A stretch of DNA of 50,384 nucleotides from a virus (lineage: Duplodnaviria > Caudoviricetes), in IMG/VR virus record IMGVR_UViG_3300030117_004591, positions 1 through 50,384 of that record. One strand, written 5' to 3'. The stretch's first letter is position 1. Each line of letters begins with the position of its first letter. The notes beneath the pieces were generated by a model. That model was given only the letters and a program-made list of their open reading frames with translations. It had not been told where the DNA came from and searched no databases. The translations under genes and the position numbers were made by a program. Positions 1 to 10,900 of this stretch are shown here, in pieces.

Positions 1-254
1 AAGTTTGTAATTCTATTAACTAAGCGCTCTATTTTATCTACAGCACCCATTTCTCTCTCAGCTATTTGTTTTATCTTAGTTTGTATAGGTTCTGTATAAT
101 ACTCTAAAATACCATAAGGATCATCCTCTCTAGGTAATTTGGTTTTTTTGTCTATAACAGCCTGAAGCCCGTCATTCTGATATTCTATTAATTGCGTAAT
201 TTTTTGCTGTATTAAAACAAGGTCGGTAAAGTTTTTACCACCTTCTTCAGATGC
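1..254. repeat. Imperfect terminal direct repeat, copy 1 (circular overlap with 50131-50384)
   Basis: Positions 1-56 and 178-254 are identical to the window end. There are 18 substitutions within 57-177 and no indels. Confidence 0.97.
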
Positions 255-3200
255 ACCTATAATTTTGTTTATCTTCTCATTCATTTCCCCTAATTTGTGA
301 ACAGGGTCATCTATACCTTTTATATCGTCACCATTTAGTTTTTTAGTTAAAAGTTCTATATCAGCAAAAACTTCTCTTAAATCAGACCTAAGGCCTGTAG
401 CTTGTCCTGAAACTTTATCAAGGGCAGTTTGTGCTTTATTAAGAACATCTACCATAGCTTCGTTTCCTAAAAGCTTAAATGCATCTACATATTTTTCTAT
501 ATTAACAACATCTTTAAATAACTCTGCTTTATCTGACAATATGATACTTCCAGTCTCAGCTGTGCTACCAAGAGTATTTTTTATAGTTTTCATAGCTCTA
601 AGTAAGTCAGCTTCTTCCTGAGCAGATACTCCGCTTTCTCCTCTTCTAAGCTTAAATTCTTTAACCAAAACTTCTGCTTCAGGAATTTGCAGTTTACCAT
701 CTCTCCATATAGCTAATTGATTTTCTATTAAATAAGATGCTAGTCCTACAGCCCTTCTATCTAACCCTTGAGTCTCTAACATTCTTTCTATAAATAGTTC
801 TTTTACTATAGACAGCTCTCCTAATTTAGTTTTAGGCATAGTTCTAGTTATAGTTTTAAAATATTCAGCTACCTGATTTATTTTATTAGCATCTATTTGT
901 ATTGTAGATGGCTCTGTTTCCCTTGTAGGTCCAGCTTCTTTTCCTAGATGTACAGACCTCATACTAAATATAGACCTTAAGAAAGCCATAGATTCATCAA
1001 CTTTATCATTCTTAGCTTGCTGATTAGGGTCTTTAGAATCTTTTTCATAGCCTATTATTTTATAATCAGCTATATCCCTAGCATATCTTCCATTCTTTAG
1101 TAAGAACAGCTCATCTAACATTTTAGTCATATTGCTATCCTGAACATCAGCTGAAGAACCTTCTACTATTTTAAACAACCTGTCATTAGCTTCTACATCT
1201 CTAGCATATTCTAAAAAGTGAAGAATGCTATTATCATTAGCTTCTAATACAATGTTTTTATTTCCGAATTTTTTAGACATTATATCCATATACTTTTCTA
1301 TAACTTTAAACGTCTGTAAGTCAAACTCGCTATCACTTAATTTGCTATCTTTTTTTAAGACATCTAAGTCTTTTTGTTGAGTTTTAGTTCTTACTGTAAG
1401 TATATTTAATCTATCTAATGCTCTAATAACGTCATTATATATTGTAGCTTGCCCTAAATCTTGACCTTCTCTACCTCTTACTTCATAAGCAGACATATTG
1501 CCTTGCTCATCAATAGCTACCTCAAAACCAAACCTATCTCTAAGTTCTGTTAGCATCGCTTTATATATATCAATTACATCTTTTTGACCTTCTTTAGTTA
1601 TTTTAGGGAGAGTGCCCGCAAAACCTAAGTCTTTAATAAGAACATCACGAGTAGTACCTTCTCCTTTTTCAACTACTATATTATCTACTTTATCTGCTAT
1701 TCTATTTAAAGCTTCTCTTGACATGTTTTCTACTTTTATAGGAACATAATCGGGTCCAACTTCAGCTCTTTTTTGAGCATTATATAAAGATAAGAATTTA
1801 GCAACTCTTTTATGGTCGCTATGTTTAAAGTCCCCAACTCCTACAGCTGTAATATTGGGATCGTTTAATACTGAATCAAATGCTCTGACTATTTCAGGAC
1901 CTACTCTTCCAGAAGATATATAGTCTCCCATAGCTATAGTAGGGTCTAAAATTTCAATTGCAGTGATTTGATTCTTAATTACTTCAGGTGAAGACCCCAT
2001 TGTTTTTAAAGCTCTCTTATAAGGCCCATATTCGGCTAAATAAGCACTATTGCTCTGTCCTCCAAACACCGTACCATCTTTACCCCAATGACCTCTATGT
2101 CTTGTCATTAAAAGACTCATAAACAAGTGAGAGCCTAACTCTTGATCACTTAAAGTTTTCCATAGTCCAGTATTAAACATTTCCCAATTCATAGCAGTTA
2201 CACCTATAGCCATTCTAGGTAAGGAGTAAGTTATATCTTCTAAAAGCCTTCTACCGTGAAAACTTCTAAGTTCGCTTTCAACCTTTTTTCTAATCTTATT
2301 ATTAAGAATAACAAGCTCTTCTTTAGTCATTTTTTCAATACCTAAAGCTTTGTTTCCTCTAACATTATTTATAAAATCGTCTACACCGTTTATAGTTCTT
2401 TTACCGACATTCCAAGTAGCATGTCCAATAGCACTATGATTCCATAAATCTAATTTAGCTCCTCTAGCCATAACAATAGCTAAGTTCCCTAAATCTGTCT
2501 GGTCCATAGTATTGTAGTCTGTTTTTTTAAATCTATTAAACATACTACCAACACCATTTTTCCACGAATCTCTACCACCACCAGGTATAGCTCTAATTAA
2601 AGGAAAAGCTAGAGCCATTACAAAAGAATGGTTTAAATCGTCCATAGGCTTCATTTCTTCACCATTAGCCCAAGTTTTAAATCTATTAGCTACAAGAGTG
2701 TGTGTAGTCATCATCAACATGTCTTGTGCTGCCATACCAGTATATCTAGCAAAATTCTTTCTAATGGCCCCTGGCATAGCTCCTCCAACACCTCTTTCTA
2801 CTAAATCTGCAAAATCATTTATAAATCTTTTTCCTCCCGTCAAATCTTTTACAATTTGCCTACTTGCATTTTGCGCTACATCCTCACCTATTTCAATACC
2901 AGCTTTTTTATATGCATTTGTTACTGCAGCTCTTGTTATTAATTCCAACTGGTCCGCAGCTTCTACTCCTTTTGCCCCAGCTATATTAATTTCTCTTATC
3001 CAAGAAGATCCAATATCGCCTTTAACCGTCTTATCAACTTCTTTTTTAATACTTGTATTTAACTTATCTTTAGCTCTAGCGATATTTTTAGAAGTAGCGC
3101 CACCCCACATTTTAGAGGCTCTTTCTGTTGCCAATCTAGTAAAAGCATCAGCTTCTTTTCCATCTAATTCGCCTGTAGTTCTAGCGATATTTTTAGCTGT

Positions 3201-3563
3201 ATATTTTCCAATTTTTGTATTGCCAGCTATTCTAGCAGCTTTTCCAAGACCTTTAGCCATAAGCCCAAAAGGCCCAAAAGGACTAAATAAAGATGCACCT
3301 TCACCTAAAACCCATCCAGTTTTTGCCCAAGCGCTCATTTCTTCCCAAGGAGTATCATGTGTAGCTAACTCAGAAGCTCCCCATGTTATTCCAGATGCGT
3401 ATCCCTCAAATCCGCTTTCAAAGAAATCCCATAATCCACCTTGATCGATTTCTTCTGGTGGGCTTACATCTGGATACCAATAAAGATTTTGACCCCCTGG
3501 TCCTGGCCCTTTAAAACCACGATCCTGGGTATCTTGTAATATTTTATCTCTCCAATCGCTCAT
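1..3563 (-). CDS. N-terminal part (~1,171 aa) of a giant virion protein / putative virion RNA polymerase; continues across the circular junction into 44409-50180
   Basis: ATG at 3563 (MSDWRDKILQDTQDRGFKGPGPGGQNLYWYP) with AAGGA upstream. The frame runs off the left edge, so it is absent from the ORF track. The in-frame ATG at position 50 is the same codon as 50180 (MGAVDKIERL). Confidence 0.92.
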   Translation of the reverse strand, partial: MSDWRDKILQDTQDRGFKGPGPGGQNLYWYPDVSPPEEIDQGGLWDFFESGFEGYASGITWGASELATHDTPWEEMSAWAKTGWVLGEGASLFSPFGPFGLMAKGLGKAARIAGNTKIGKYTAKNIARTTGELDGKEADAFTRLATERASKMWGGATSKNIARAKDKLNTSIKKEVDKTVKGDIGSSWIREINIAGAKGVEAADQLELITRAAVTNAYKKAGIEIGEDVAQNASRQIVKDLTGGKRFINDFADLVERGVGGAMPGAIRKNFARYTGMAAQDMLMMTTHTLVANRFKTWANGEEMKPMDDLNHSFVMALAFPLIRAIPGGGRDSWKNGVGSMFNRFKKTDYNTMDQTDLGNLAIVMARGAKLDLWNHSAIGHATWNVGKRTINGVDDFINNVRGNKALGIEKMTKEELVILNNKIRKKVESELRSFHGRRLLEDITYSLPRMAIGVTAMNWEMFNTGLWKTLSDQELGSHLFMSLLMTRHRGHWGKDGTVFGGQSNSAYLAEYGPYKRALKTMGSSPEVIKNQITAIEILDPTIAMGDYISSGRVGPEIVRAFDSVLNDPNITAVGVGDFKHSDHKRVAKFLSLYNAQKRAEVGPDYVPIKVENMSREALNRIADKVDNIVVEKGEGTTRDVLIKDLGFAGTLPKITKEGQKDVIDIYKAMLTELRDRFGFEVAIDEQGNMSAYEVRGREGQDLGQATIYNDVIRALDRLNILTVRTKTQQKDLDVLKKDSKLSDSEFDLQTFKVIEKYMDIMSKKFGNKNIVLEANDNSILHFLEYARDVEANDRLFKIVEGSSADVQDSNMTKMLDELFLLKNGRYARDIADYKIIGYEKDSKDPNQQAKNDKVDESMAFLRSIFSMRSVHLGKEAGPTRETEPSTIQIDANKINQVAEYFKTITRTMPKTKLGELSIVKELFIERMLETQGLDRRAVGLASYLIENQLAIWRDGKLQIPEAEVLVKEFKLRRGESGVSAQEEADLLRAMKTIKNTLGSTAETGSIILSDKAELFKDVVNIEKYVDAFKLLGNEAMVDVLNKAQTALDKVSGQATGLRSDLREVFADIELLTKKLNGDDIKGIDDPVHKLGEMNEKINKIIGASEEGGKNFTDLVLIQQKITQLIEYQNDGLQAVIDKKTKLPREDDPYGILEYYTEPIQTKIKQIAEREMGAVDKIERLVNRITN

Positions 3564-3588
3564 ACTCTAATATTCCTTTAAATATAGT

Positions 3589-5079
3589 TTACAGCATAGG
3601 GGGTGTTGCACCCATTTGCCAAATATTTTCTTCTAATTCTTTCCTAGCGTCTTCTCTTTCTTTTTCTTCTATCAACTCAGAAAGCGATTTATTTCCTGCT
3701 GTTTCAGTAAAATGTCCTGCGGCAAAGGTCTCAATATCTTCACCATCTATTGTGGTAGTAACGCTACCTATATTATTTCCACCATACTCATACCTAATTC
3801 CATCAACATTATAGTATCTCTTTGTTCCCAAATCGTCTGTTTTTACTCCAAGATTCTTTAGTCTTTCTTTTTGTCTGTATGGAGCATTAGGGTCATTAGG
3901 GTCTCCGTAAAAATCGTAATAAAAATCTTCATAATCTTTGTCAACTGGCCTTCCAGCGTTCCAATCAATAGAGATAAATTTAAGAATTTCTTTTTGCTCG
4001 TCAAAAGTATATTTATTCCTATTTTGATGAAAAACAGCGAATGCTTCAGTTATATCGCTAACTCCTTGTGAATCAAATTGCCATTCATCATAAATAGATT
4101 CGTAGAAGTTTGAATCTTTTTTACCTTCACTTAATAGTTGATTTTTTCTACCTATAGCCCTTTCAATATTTTGTATTAAAACTTTAAATTTAGGATTATA
4201 AGTAAGCAAGTCTCTAACTTCTTGACCACCTCTTTCATCAGGCCATTGATAAATATTAATTAGAAAAGATTCGGCATCAGGATCCATAGCCATAGCTGCT
4301 AAATGTTCTACAACTTTATCGCTAGGAACTGTCAGTTTTCCATCAATAGGATTTTGATATGAAAGATTAAGCTCAGCATGCTCTGACCAACTAATAGGAT
4401 CGGAATCTTTGTCAGCGGTTTGTTTTTGTCTTTCAAACATGCTTTGCAACATTGAATATTGAGCACTTATTGTTTCGTTTAGCCCTTCCTGCTTAATAAT
4501 AGCTCCAGTCATTTCAAGTCCCATTTTAGCTCTTTGCTCTTTTGGAACTTTATTAAAAACTGATATAGCTCCAGCCCCACCATACTTCCATCCTTTTCTA
4601 GCTATACCTTCTGCTAATAAATTCTGAAATTCCAAACCTTCTAAGATTTTATTATCACCAGCATATTCATCGTACATCATATCATAGTCTCTTTGCTGAG
4701 CACTAATATTTGATATAGCATCCTGAACATTAGCTATTCTTGTATCTAAAGTATCAATATTACTTTTCATAGTCTTAACATTAGCTTTGCCACCTTCTAA
4801 AATATCAGTACTTAATTGTTTTATGCCAGAACTGACATCTTGTTCGCTAAGGTTTGCAAGTTGCAATAAGCTTTTGTTCAAATTTTGAAGCTCTAGCTCT
4901 TTGTTTTTCATAATATCGAAAGTAAACTTTCTAGTATTTTGAGCTTCGTTTTCCTCTGCCTGAAGTTCTAATTTTATAACATCTAATGCATTTTGTGCTT
5001 CGTTTTGTTCTTTTTGCATTTCTAACTGCTTTTTTTCTTTCATAAATTGCAGTGCATATGCCATTAAGTCTCGACTCAT
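3589..5079 (-). CDS. Hypothetical protein, probable internal virion/ejection protein (coiled-coil N-terminus)
   Basis: 496-aa ORF between the tail gene and the giant virion gene; Q/E/K-rich helical N-terminus. Function inferred from synteny. Confidence 0.6.
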   Translation of the reverse strand: MSRDLMAYALQFMKEKKQLEMQKEQNEAQNALDVIKLELQAEENEAQNTRKFTFDIMKNKELELQNLNKSLLQLANLSEQDVSSGIKQLSTDILEGGKANVKTMKSNIDTLDTRIANVQDAISNISAQQRDYDMMYDEYAGDNKILEGLEFQNLLAEGIARKGWKYGGAGAISVFNKVPKEQRAKMGLEMTGAIIKQEGLNETISAQYSMLQSMFERQKQTADKDSDPISWSEHAELNLSYQNPIDGKLTVPSDKVVEHLAAMAMDPDAESFLINIYQWPDERGGQEVRDLLTYNPKFKVLIQNIERAIGRKNQLLSEGKKDSNFYESIYDEWQFDSQGVSDITEAFAVFHQNRNKYTFDEQKEILKFISIDWNAGRPVDKDYEDFYYDFYGDPNDPNAPYRQKERLKNLGVKTDDLGTKRYYNVDGIRYEYGGNNIGSVTTTIDGEDIETFAAGHFTETAGNKSLSELIEEKEREDARKELEENIWQMGATPPML

Positions 5080-5099
5080 ATTATATCCTATTAGTTAAT

Positions 5100-7724
5100 T
5101 TAAAATAATGCTTCTAAAAACTCATCGTTTTCTGCAGCTTCATCATATTGCAGCTTTAAAGTTGCATGCTGACTACTTATATCGCTTATATCGCTATGTA
5201 ACTTAGACTTTATTTGATCAGACTGCTTATCAAACCCAAATCTAAAATCTTTTAATTTATCATCAAATTGATTAGTTAAAGCCTTTAAAGCATCTTTTTT
5301 AGTGCTTTCCCAATCCATTTTAAGTCCTTTGCTAAATTTCTGGGTTTTATCTAAACTATCCATAAGAGTTGTGTCTTGGGCAGAAAAATCAGCTTGAGTA
5401 CTCTGTATATAGCTAGCATAATTATCTTTTAATCTATTAATATCTTTGTACCCTGTTGCTACAGTATCCTGAGCTACACCTCTTAAACTTTCTCTAGTTG
5501 ATTCAATTTGTTTCATTAATGCTCTATTTGCTGCAGCTTCTTGCCCAGCACCTACTAACCAACTTACTCCGCTAGCAATAAGACCTACAGTAGGAGCCCA
5601 TTTCCCTATATTCGTAGCAAGGTTAGTCCAGTCTATTAAAGCAATTCTTCCTGTATCGTCACGATAAGGCCATGTTTTTTTAGGATTATCTTCAGGTTTA
5701 ATTACACCAAGTCTTACTAACACGTCTTTCATTTTTTTGCTCATAGAATCGTTGTAGTCAGCAAAACGATTTTTTTGATATTCTATCAAAGTGTTTACAG
5801 CTTTATTTTTAGCTTGCGGACCAGATTCTCCATAAGTTTTTAAAACATGATATTCCCAAGGGTTAACTCTAATACGTTGATTATTTTTAACAAGAATACC
5901 ATTATCGTCATAATGCTCTCCGATATCTGCATATATTTCAATAAAATCTAGAGCATCTGCATAACTACCATTGTTCATCATTGTTTCATATGCTTGTTGG
6001 GTATATAGCAAGTCTTGTAATGTTAGATGTCTATCTTGATTAACCACAGATATCATATTGTGTTTAGAAGAGTCTGGCATGTTTTCAAAATTTTCTATTT
6101 CTGCTTTTAAAGCGTTTTGAGCCATAGCTGTATCTGAATTGTAAGTTGCTAAAGTTATGTCTTTCCAATCCATATTTAAAATATTTGAAGCTAAAAGCAT
6201 TTCTTCGTTTAACATTTTTTGATCAGGGCTATTAATTAATTCCATTATAGTTTTATTTTTTGCCTGACTTTCTACTATAGCTTGGTCTATAAAAGTATAA
6301 GGATTATTAATATCTATCCCAGCCTCTCTTATATTGCTATAAGACCTAAGCATATCTAGAAAGTTAACAGGCATAAATCCACTATTAGATAAATCATCGT
6401 AATAAGTTATAAAATCGTCTAACTGTGCTTGTTGCCCGAAATGTATTTCTTTAGCACGATTATATGCATTTTCAGTGTTTTCACCCCAAACGCCATCTAT
6501 TTGATTTTTGCCATCTATTTCTTGTGGCAAAAGACCCATTCTTACTAACAAGTTTTGCAAATTAGCAACATGAGTTCTATTTTGCGTTAGCTCATCATTA
6601 TCTGAGTACATTTGTTGAATAGCTGTAAACTTATCTCCAATAGTATCTCCTCCTATAGTTACATAAGGATTGTCAGCACTCCAATCAAACATGTTTTCAC
6701 TAAATTCTGGGAATTGATCTAAAAAGTATTCTGGAAAAATTATATCTTCTGCAGCTAAAGCTTCGTCTATAGAAGAATATTCAGAAGTATTAAAAAAGTC
6801 TTCAGGTTGATAATAGCCTTCTTTTTTATAGTCTTCATGCAATGGTTTGAAAGAACCGTCTTCTTGTCTTACTTTAATTTCTTGGTTTCCGCTAGTATAT
6901 ACCTTGAAAGCCCTCTTAACATTACTCATAACAACATTTCTATCAATCAACTCTTTTTCCTTAAGTCTTTGAAATTTCCCTTGAAAACCTTGAAGACTTA
7001 GAGTAGGACTGGCATTTATAGAGTTTGGTATATCGCCTATTTGCTGCCCTATCATGCTTACTCCGACATTATTATCAGCTCCCCATTGAAAATCAAGCAT
7101 ATTGCCTAAATTTACGCCTTCTAAGTCCATATAATAAGCTATGTTATTTTTAGTAAGCCCTTCACTTGTGAAATTTATAGGATTAAAAGGATAGCTATAC
7201 TCTTTCCATTGACCTTCTTTATTTTTTATAGGAGGCATTATAAGAGATTTTGAAATTTGATTCATATCAAACCCTATTAGCTCTTCTTTTAAGCTATTAG
7301 GCATTTCTGTAAAATATTGATCTTGAGTAGCTGTATAGCTTTTTTTAATATCATAAACAACACTTCCGTCGTTAGCTTCAATTTTGTTGTAAAAAAATTC
7401 TAAAATATTATCTTTTTGACCAAGCACAGCTGGTGAGCCTTCTAAAGCCTTTATTACTCCAAAAGGCACTCTAAAAGCTTTTTTGTCTGGAGTAAGGCCA
7501 TAAAATAAATTATGCTCTTTACTATAGGTAAGATTGCTTTGTTCAGCAAATTGTATAGTATCTTGTTTTTCTGCATAGCTTTCTGCGTGTGTACCAGCAA
7601 CATCTGCACCAAGTAAGGTTATAGTAGCTAAGTTCTCTAACTTAGATCTCTTATTCTCAACCTTCCTTCTTATGGTATCTGTAGCGTTAGCATGTGCTTG
7701 CATTATTCTGTTTATCGAGGCCAT
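5100..7724 (-). CDS. Probable internal virion/ejection protein with a peptidoglycan-binding (PG_binding_1-like) motif
   Basis: VANLQNLLVRMGL...IDGVWGENTENAY matches the PGBD pattern (LQxxL..G..DGxxGxxTxxA). A Gly/Ala hydrophobic segment and a coiled coil follow near the C-terminus. Confidence 0.65.
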   Translation of the reverse strand: MASINRIMQAHANATDTIRRKVENKRSKLENLATITLLGADVAGTHAESYAEKQDTIQFAEQSNLTYSKEHNLFYGLTPDKKAFRVPFGVIKALEGSPAVLGQKDNILEFFYNKIEANDGSVVYDIKKSYTATQDQYFTEMPNSLKEELIGFDMNQISKSLIMPPIKNKEGQWKEYSYPFNPINFTSEGLTKNNIAYYMDLEGVNLGNMLDFQWGADNNVGVSMIGQQIGDIPNSINASPTLSLQGFQGKFQRLKEKELIDRNVVMSNVKRAFKVYTSGNQEIKVRQEDGSFKPLHEDYKKEGYYQPEDFFNTSEYSSIDEALAAEDIIFPEYFLDQFPEFSENMFDWSADNPYVTIGGDTIGDKFTAIQQMYSDNDELTQNRTHVANLQNLLVRMGLLPQEIDGKNQIDGVWGENTENAYNRAKEIHFGQQAQLDDFITYYDDLSNSGFMPVNFLDMLRSYSNIREAGIDINNPYTFIDQAIVESQAKNKTIMELINSPDQKMLNEEMLLASNILNMDWKDITLATYNSDTAMAQNALKAEIENFENMPDSSKHNMISVVNQDRHLTLQDLLYTQQAYETMMNNGSYADALDFIEIYADIGEHYDDNGILVKNNQRIRVNPWEYHVLKTYGESGPQAKNKAVNTLIEYQKNRFADYNDSMSKKMKDVLVRLGVIKPEDNPKKTWPYRDDTGRIALIDWTNLATNIGKWAPTVGLIASGVSWLVGAGQEAAANRALMKQIESTRESLRGVAQDTVATGYKDINRLKDNYASYIQSTQADFSAQDTTLMDSLDKTQKFSKGLKMDWESTKKDALKALTNQFDDKLKDFRFGFDKQSDQIKSKLHSDISDISSQHATLKLQYDEAAENDEFLEALF

Positions 7725-7903
7725 TATTTCTCCTTAATATCTAATTTTATAAAATAGTTTTGACCGTTTGCTTTTATTTGTTTATACGTTTTTTGATTTT
7801 TAGTATAAACTCTCTCCCTGTTAAGACCTTTTGTAGAACGATGGCCTACAGTAGTTTTTAAATTTGACGTATGTAACGCTTTTCTTTCTGTTTTATTTCT
7901 CAT
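7724..7903 (-). CDS. Small basic hypothetical protein (59 aa)
   Basis: MRNKTERKALHTSNLK...; TAATG stop/start overlaps at both ends; below the ORF-track cutoff. Confidence 0.75.
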   Translation of the reverse strand: MRNKTERKALHTSNLKTTVGHRSTKGLNRERVYTKNQKTYKQIKANGQNYFIKLDIKEK

Positions 7904-10900
7904 TATTTTAAAGCCTTATTTCTATATATTACAGATATATCATTTATTTCTGCATTGCTGTTGCCGTTATTACTAGTATCTTCAACTGTTATCTGTATCC
8001 ATTTACCTATTACTCCACTAAGCTTAAATACATCTTCACCTATAGAAGTATCAGTTGTATTGCTTGTACATGAGCCTATTAAAGTAGAGCTAGACACCTT
8101 ATCAGTTGTATACATTAATCTAAGCCCATCTAATTCTTTCCCCCTAATAATAACCTTATGAAACTTTTTATTTTGAGCTATATTCCCCATGCTAAGCCTT
8201 CCTGTTTTAAGCTCCATATCTTGACTAGTGCTGGATACCCTACCTATATACTTAACACTCCCTCCATCTTCGTAGAAAACAGTAGATCCGTCTGCGAGAG
8301 GGACAGAATTTGTTTCAGGCACATTAGCCAATGTCGGCATATGAGATACCCAGGTTTTAGTTATAAGCGAGTATGCATAAGCCTCATTTGTATCTTTCCA
8401 AGCTATGATTAATTTATCTTTAGGCCAATAAACTATAGCTTGATTTGCAAGTCCTGCTGTTCGCATTTTTTCATCACTAATAGTTTTAACTTGTTCTCCA
8501 TCAAATAAATGAACTCCGTTATCATTTACCCACGCAAGTCCTTCACCTACTTTGGCAACACATCTGTGTCCATCTACTCCCATATTTGGTAACTGAGCTT
8601 CTAAAAACTCAATATCTTGAGCTACATTAATTATAGCAAGCTGATGAGCAGAAAATACAAAAAGCCTGTCTCCACTAGACTCCATAGCTTGAATAATGCC
8701 TCCACCAAAGTCTAAATCTATATACTCTATGTTAGAAAAACCAGCATTTTTACCAAATGCGCTTTTTAATATTTTAGAACCGTCAAATTCTCCAAATTGA
8801 GTTATTTTAACTTGGTTAGCACTTTCTGTTCTATTAGCTGCAAACGCAACAGCCATTGCCCAATCGTCTTTTGTTCCAGCCCCATCAGAAAAAGCTCCTG
8901 CTGTATGAAGCACATTATTAGTCGCATCTGTTGCATCTTGTATGACTACATATCCAGTAGATGCTGTAAATCCTTGGGTCTCCCAATTACCGCTTCCTCT
9001 TCTCATTTTGCTTGTAGAGGCAGACTGAAAATCTAAACTTATAGAACTAGTATCTAATGTTTCATGATTAATCTCTTCAGCCACATTACCTATATAAACC
9101 TGTCTACCAATTACTGCAGAACATTTAAATAAAGTATTAATTGTTTCAGTACCATCTGGAAATCCACTTTCTAAAGTATACGTAGAGCCTAAAGGTGGAT
9201 TATCAAATGATATCTCAACCTGAGGCATAGCATAAAGACTTACATTGTCTACCTTACCTGCGCCACTTCCAGTAGCATCATCATCAACAAATATCCATAA
9301 ATGACTTCTATCTGTAGATCCAACCGTAAACTCTACTACATTAGTTGTATCAGCACCATACAATGCAGCAGGTACTAGAGTTTCCTGAGCAACATTACCG
9401 CTACCATTACTCACACCACTAGCATCTCCTCCCCCTATAGTTAAATTTATATCCGCATCATCAATATCAAATTGAAGTTGATATTTTTGACCAGCTTTCA
9501 TAGATGATGCTAAAGCTCCTATTATAGAAGCCTCCTCATCATTGTCACAAACATATTTACCACCCGTTAAAGTCCATCCGTCACCATCACTAGCACCTGC
9601 ATCTTCAGCACTTCTTACAGTCCAATTAGATGCAAAGTCTGTTCCATTTTGAACTAAATCCGTATACACATTAGAACTCCAGGCCGTATATGAGTCACTA
9701 TCTACTTTTTTAACCCCTTTAGTTTTATCCCAAGTAGCTAATAAAAGTTTATCAGTAGTAGAAACTCCAGCATCGTCTAATGTTTCGTAGTATATATTAC
9801 CAGATAAAGGACCATGAGTTTCATCAGGTCTTTGCACAACAAGCTTAGCTGAACTTGTATTTTTCTGATATATTCCATCATATCTAGTAGGTAAAGATTC
9901 TATTTCATTTTTAATTAAACTTTGAGATAGCTTTGTATCATTTAAAGACCATTCATACGTAATGTCGTTTGGGACAAAAGCTATCTCTCTTATTTCAAAC
10001 TTAGGCTGAGTCGTATCTACTGTAGACGTGCCTTCAGTTGCAAATCCAACAGTTAGCTGACGAACATCGCCATGGCTATACTTGTTTCCTACATGTATAG
10101 CTGTCTCATGCGGTATAACTATTCTTGCAAAATCAGAGGTACATCCTGCTGCTGTTATTTGAGATTCTGTAATTTTCCATATTTTGCCATGAGGATCTTC
10201 TTCATTATACCAAAATTCACTATTTTGCTCATTACAGTCCAATCCAATATAAATCCCGTCAAATCCTGCATTCCAATTAGCTCCATTTGCTTTAAGCTCT
10301 ATTACTATATCCCTATTTTCCATAGTAGGCATAGTAGTTCCATATAGACCTTGCCTCATATCGCTTGAGCCATTTACTTCCATTCTACCTACACGAAAAG
10401 CTATAAAAACACCTCTCGTAGTATCAGAACCATTCCATATTCCTATAGTATTTACAGTGCTAAAATCAAAATCTGAATTTGTTCCTGTAAAATCCATGTA
10501 ATTACCAGAAACATTTTTTATTGTAACTCCATCGTTAGCACCTGCAGCTGCTGTTCTTATTAACTCGCATTCACTTTCACTTGTATCAGTGAAATAGTCA
10601 ACATCTTCTCCAGCTCTACCGTTAGGCCCAAGGTCAAATTTAGTATTAATAAAGTCAGAAATACCGCTTTCACTTTCGTCTCCAGCTAAATGATTAGGAG
10701 CTTGGTCAATATCTAGATAATTCATATTACCTATCATCCCTTTAGCTTCTTGGTTATTAGCTGCCTGTCCTCCAAGGAAAATTATAGTGTCCCTACTTCT
10801 ATCATTTAGCAAAGATATATCTACGCCATCTTTTTGACTGCCCATATTAGCAGGGTTTAATGATCCTTGCGTAGGTGCATGGGAAATGTAATCACTTTTA

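Noticed and set aside
1-254. Diversity-generating retroelement TR/VR pair or physical terminal repeat
   Set aside because: The changes are not adenine-specific and are largely synonymous, there is no reverse transcriptase, and the repeat falls mid-gene at the contig ends.
2698-3444. 248-aa plus-strand ORF
   Set aside because: It is the antisense shadow of the giant minus-strand gene, with no RBS and a composition typical of a reverse frame. The same applies to the other short opposite-strand ORFs in the track.
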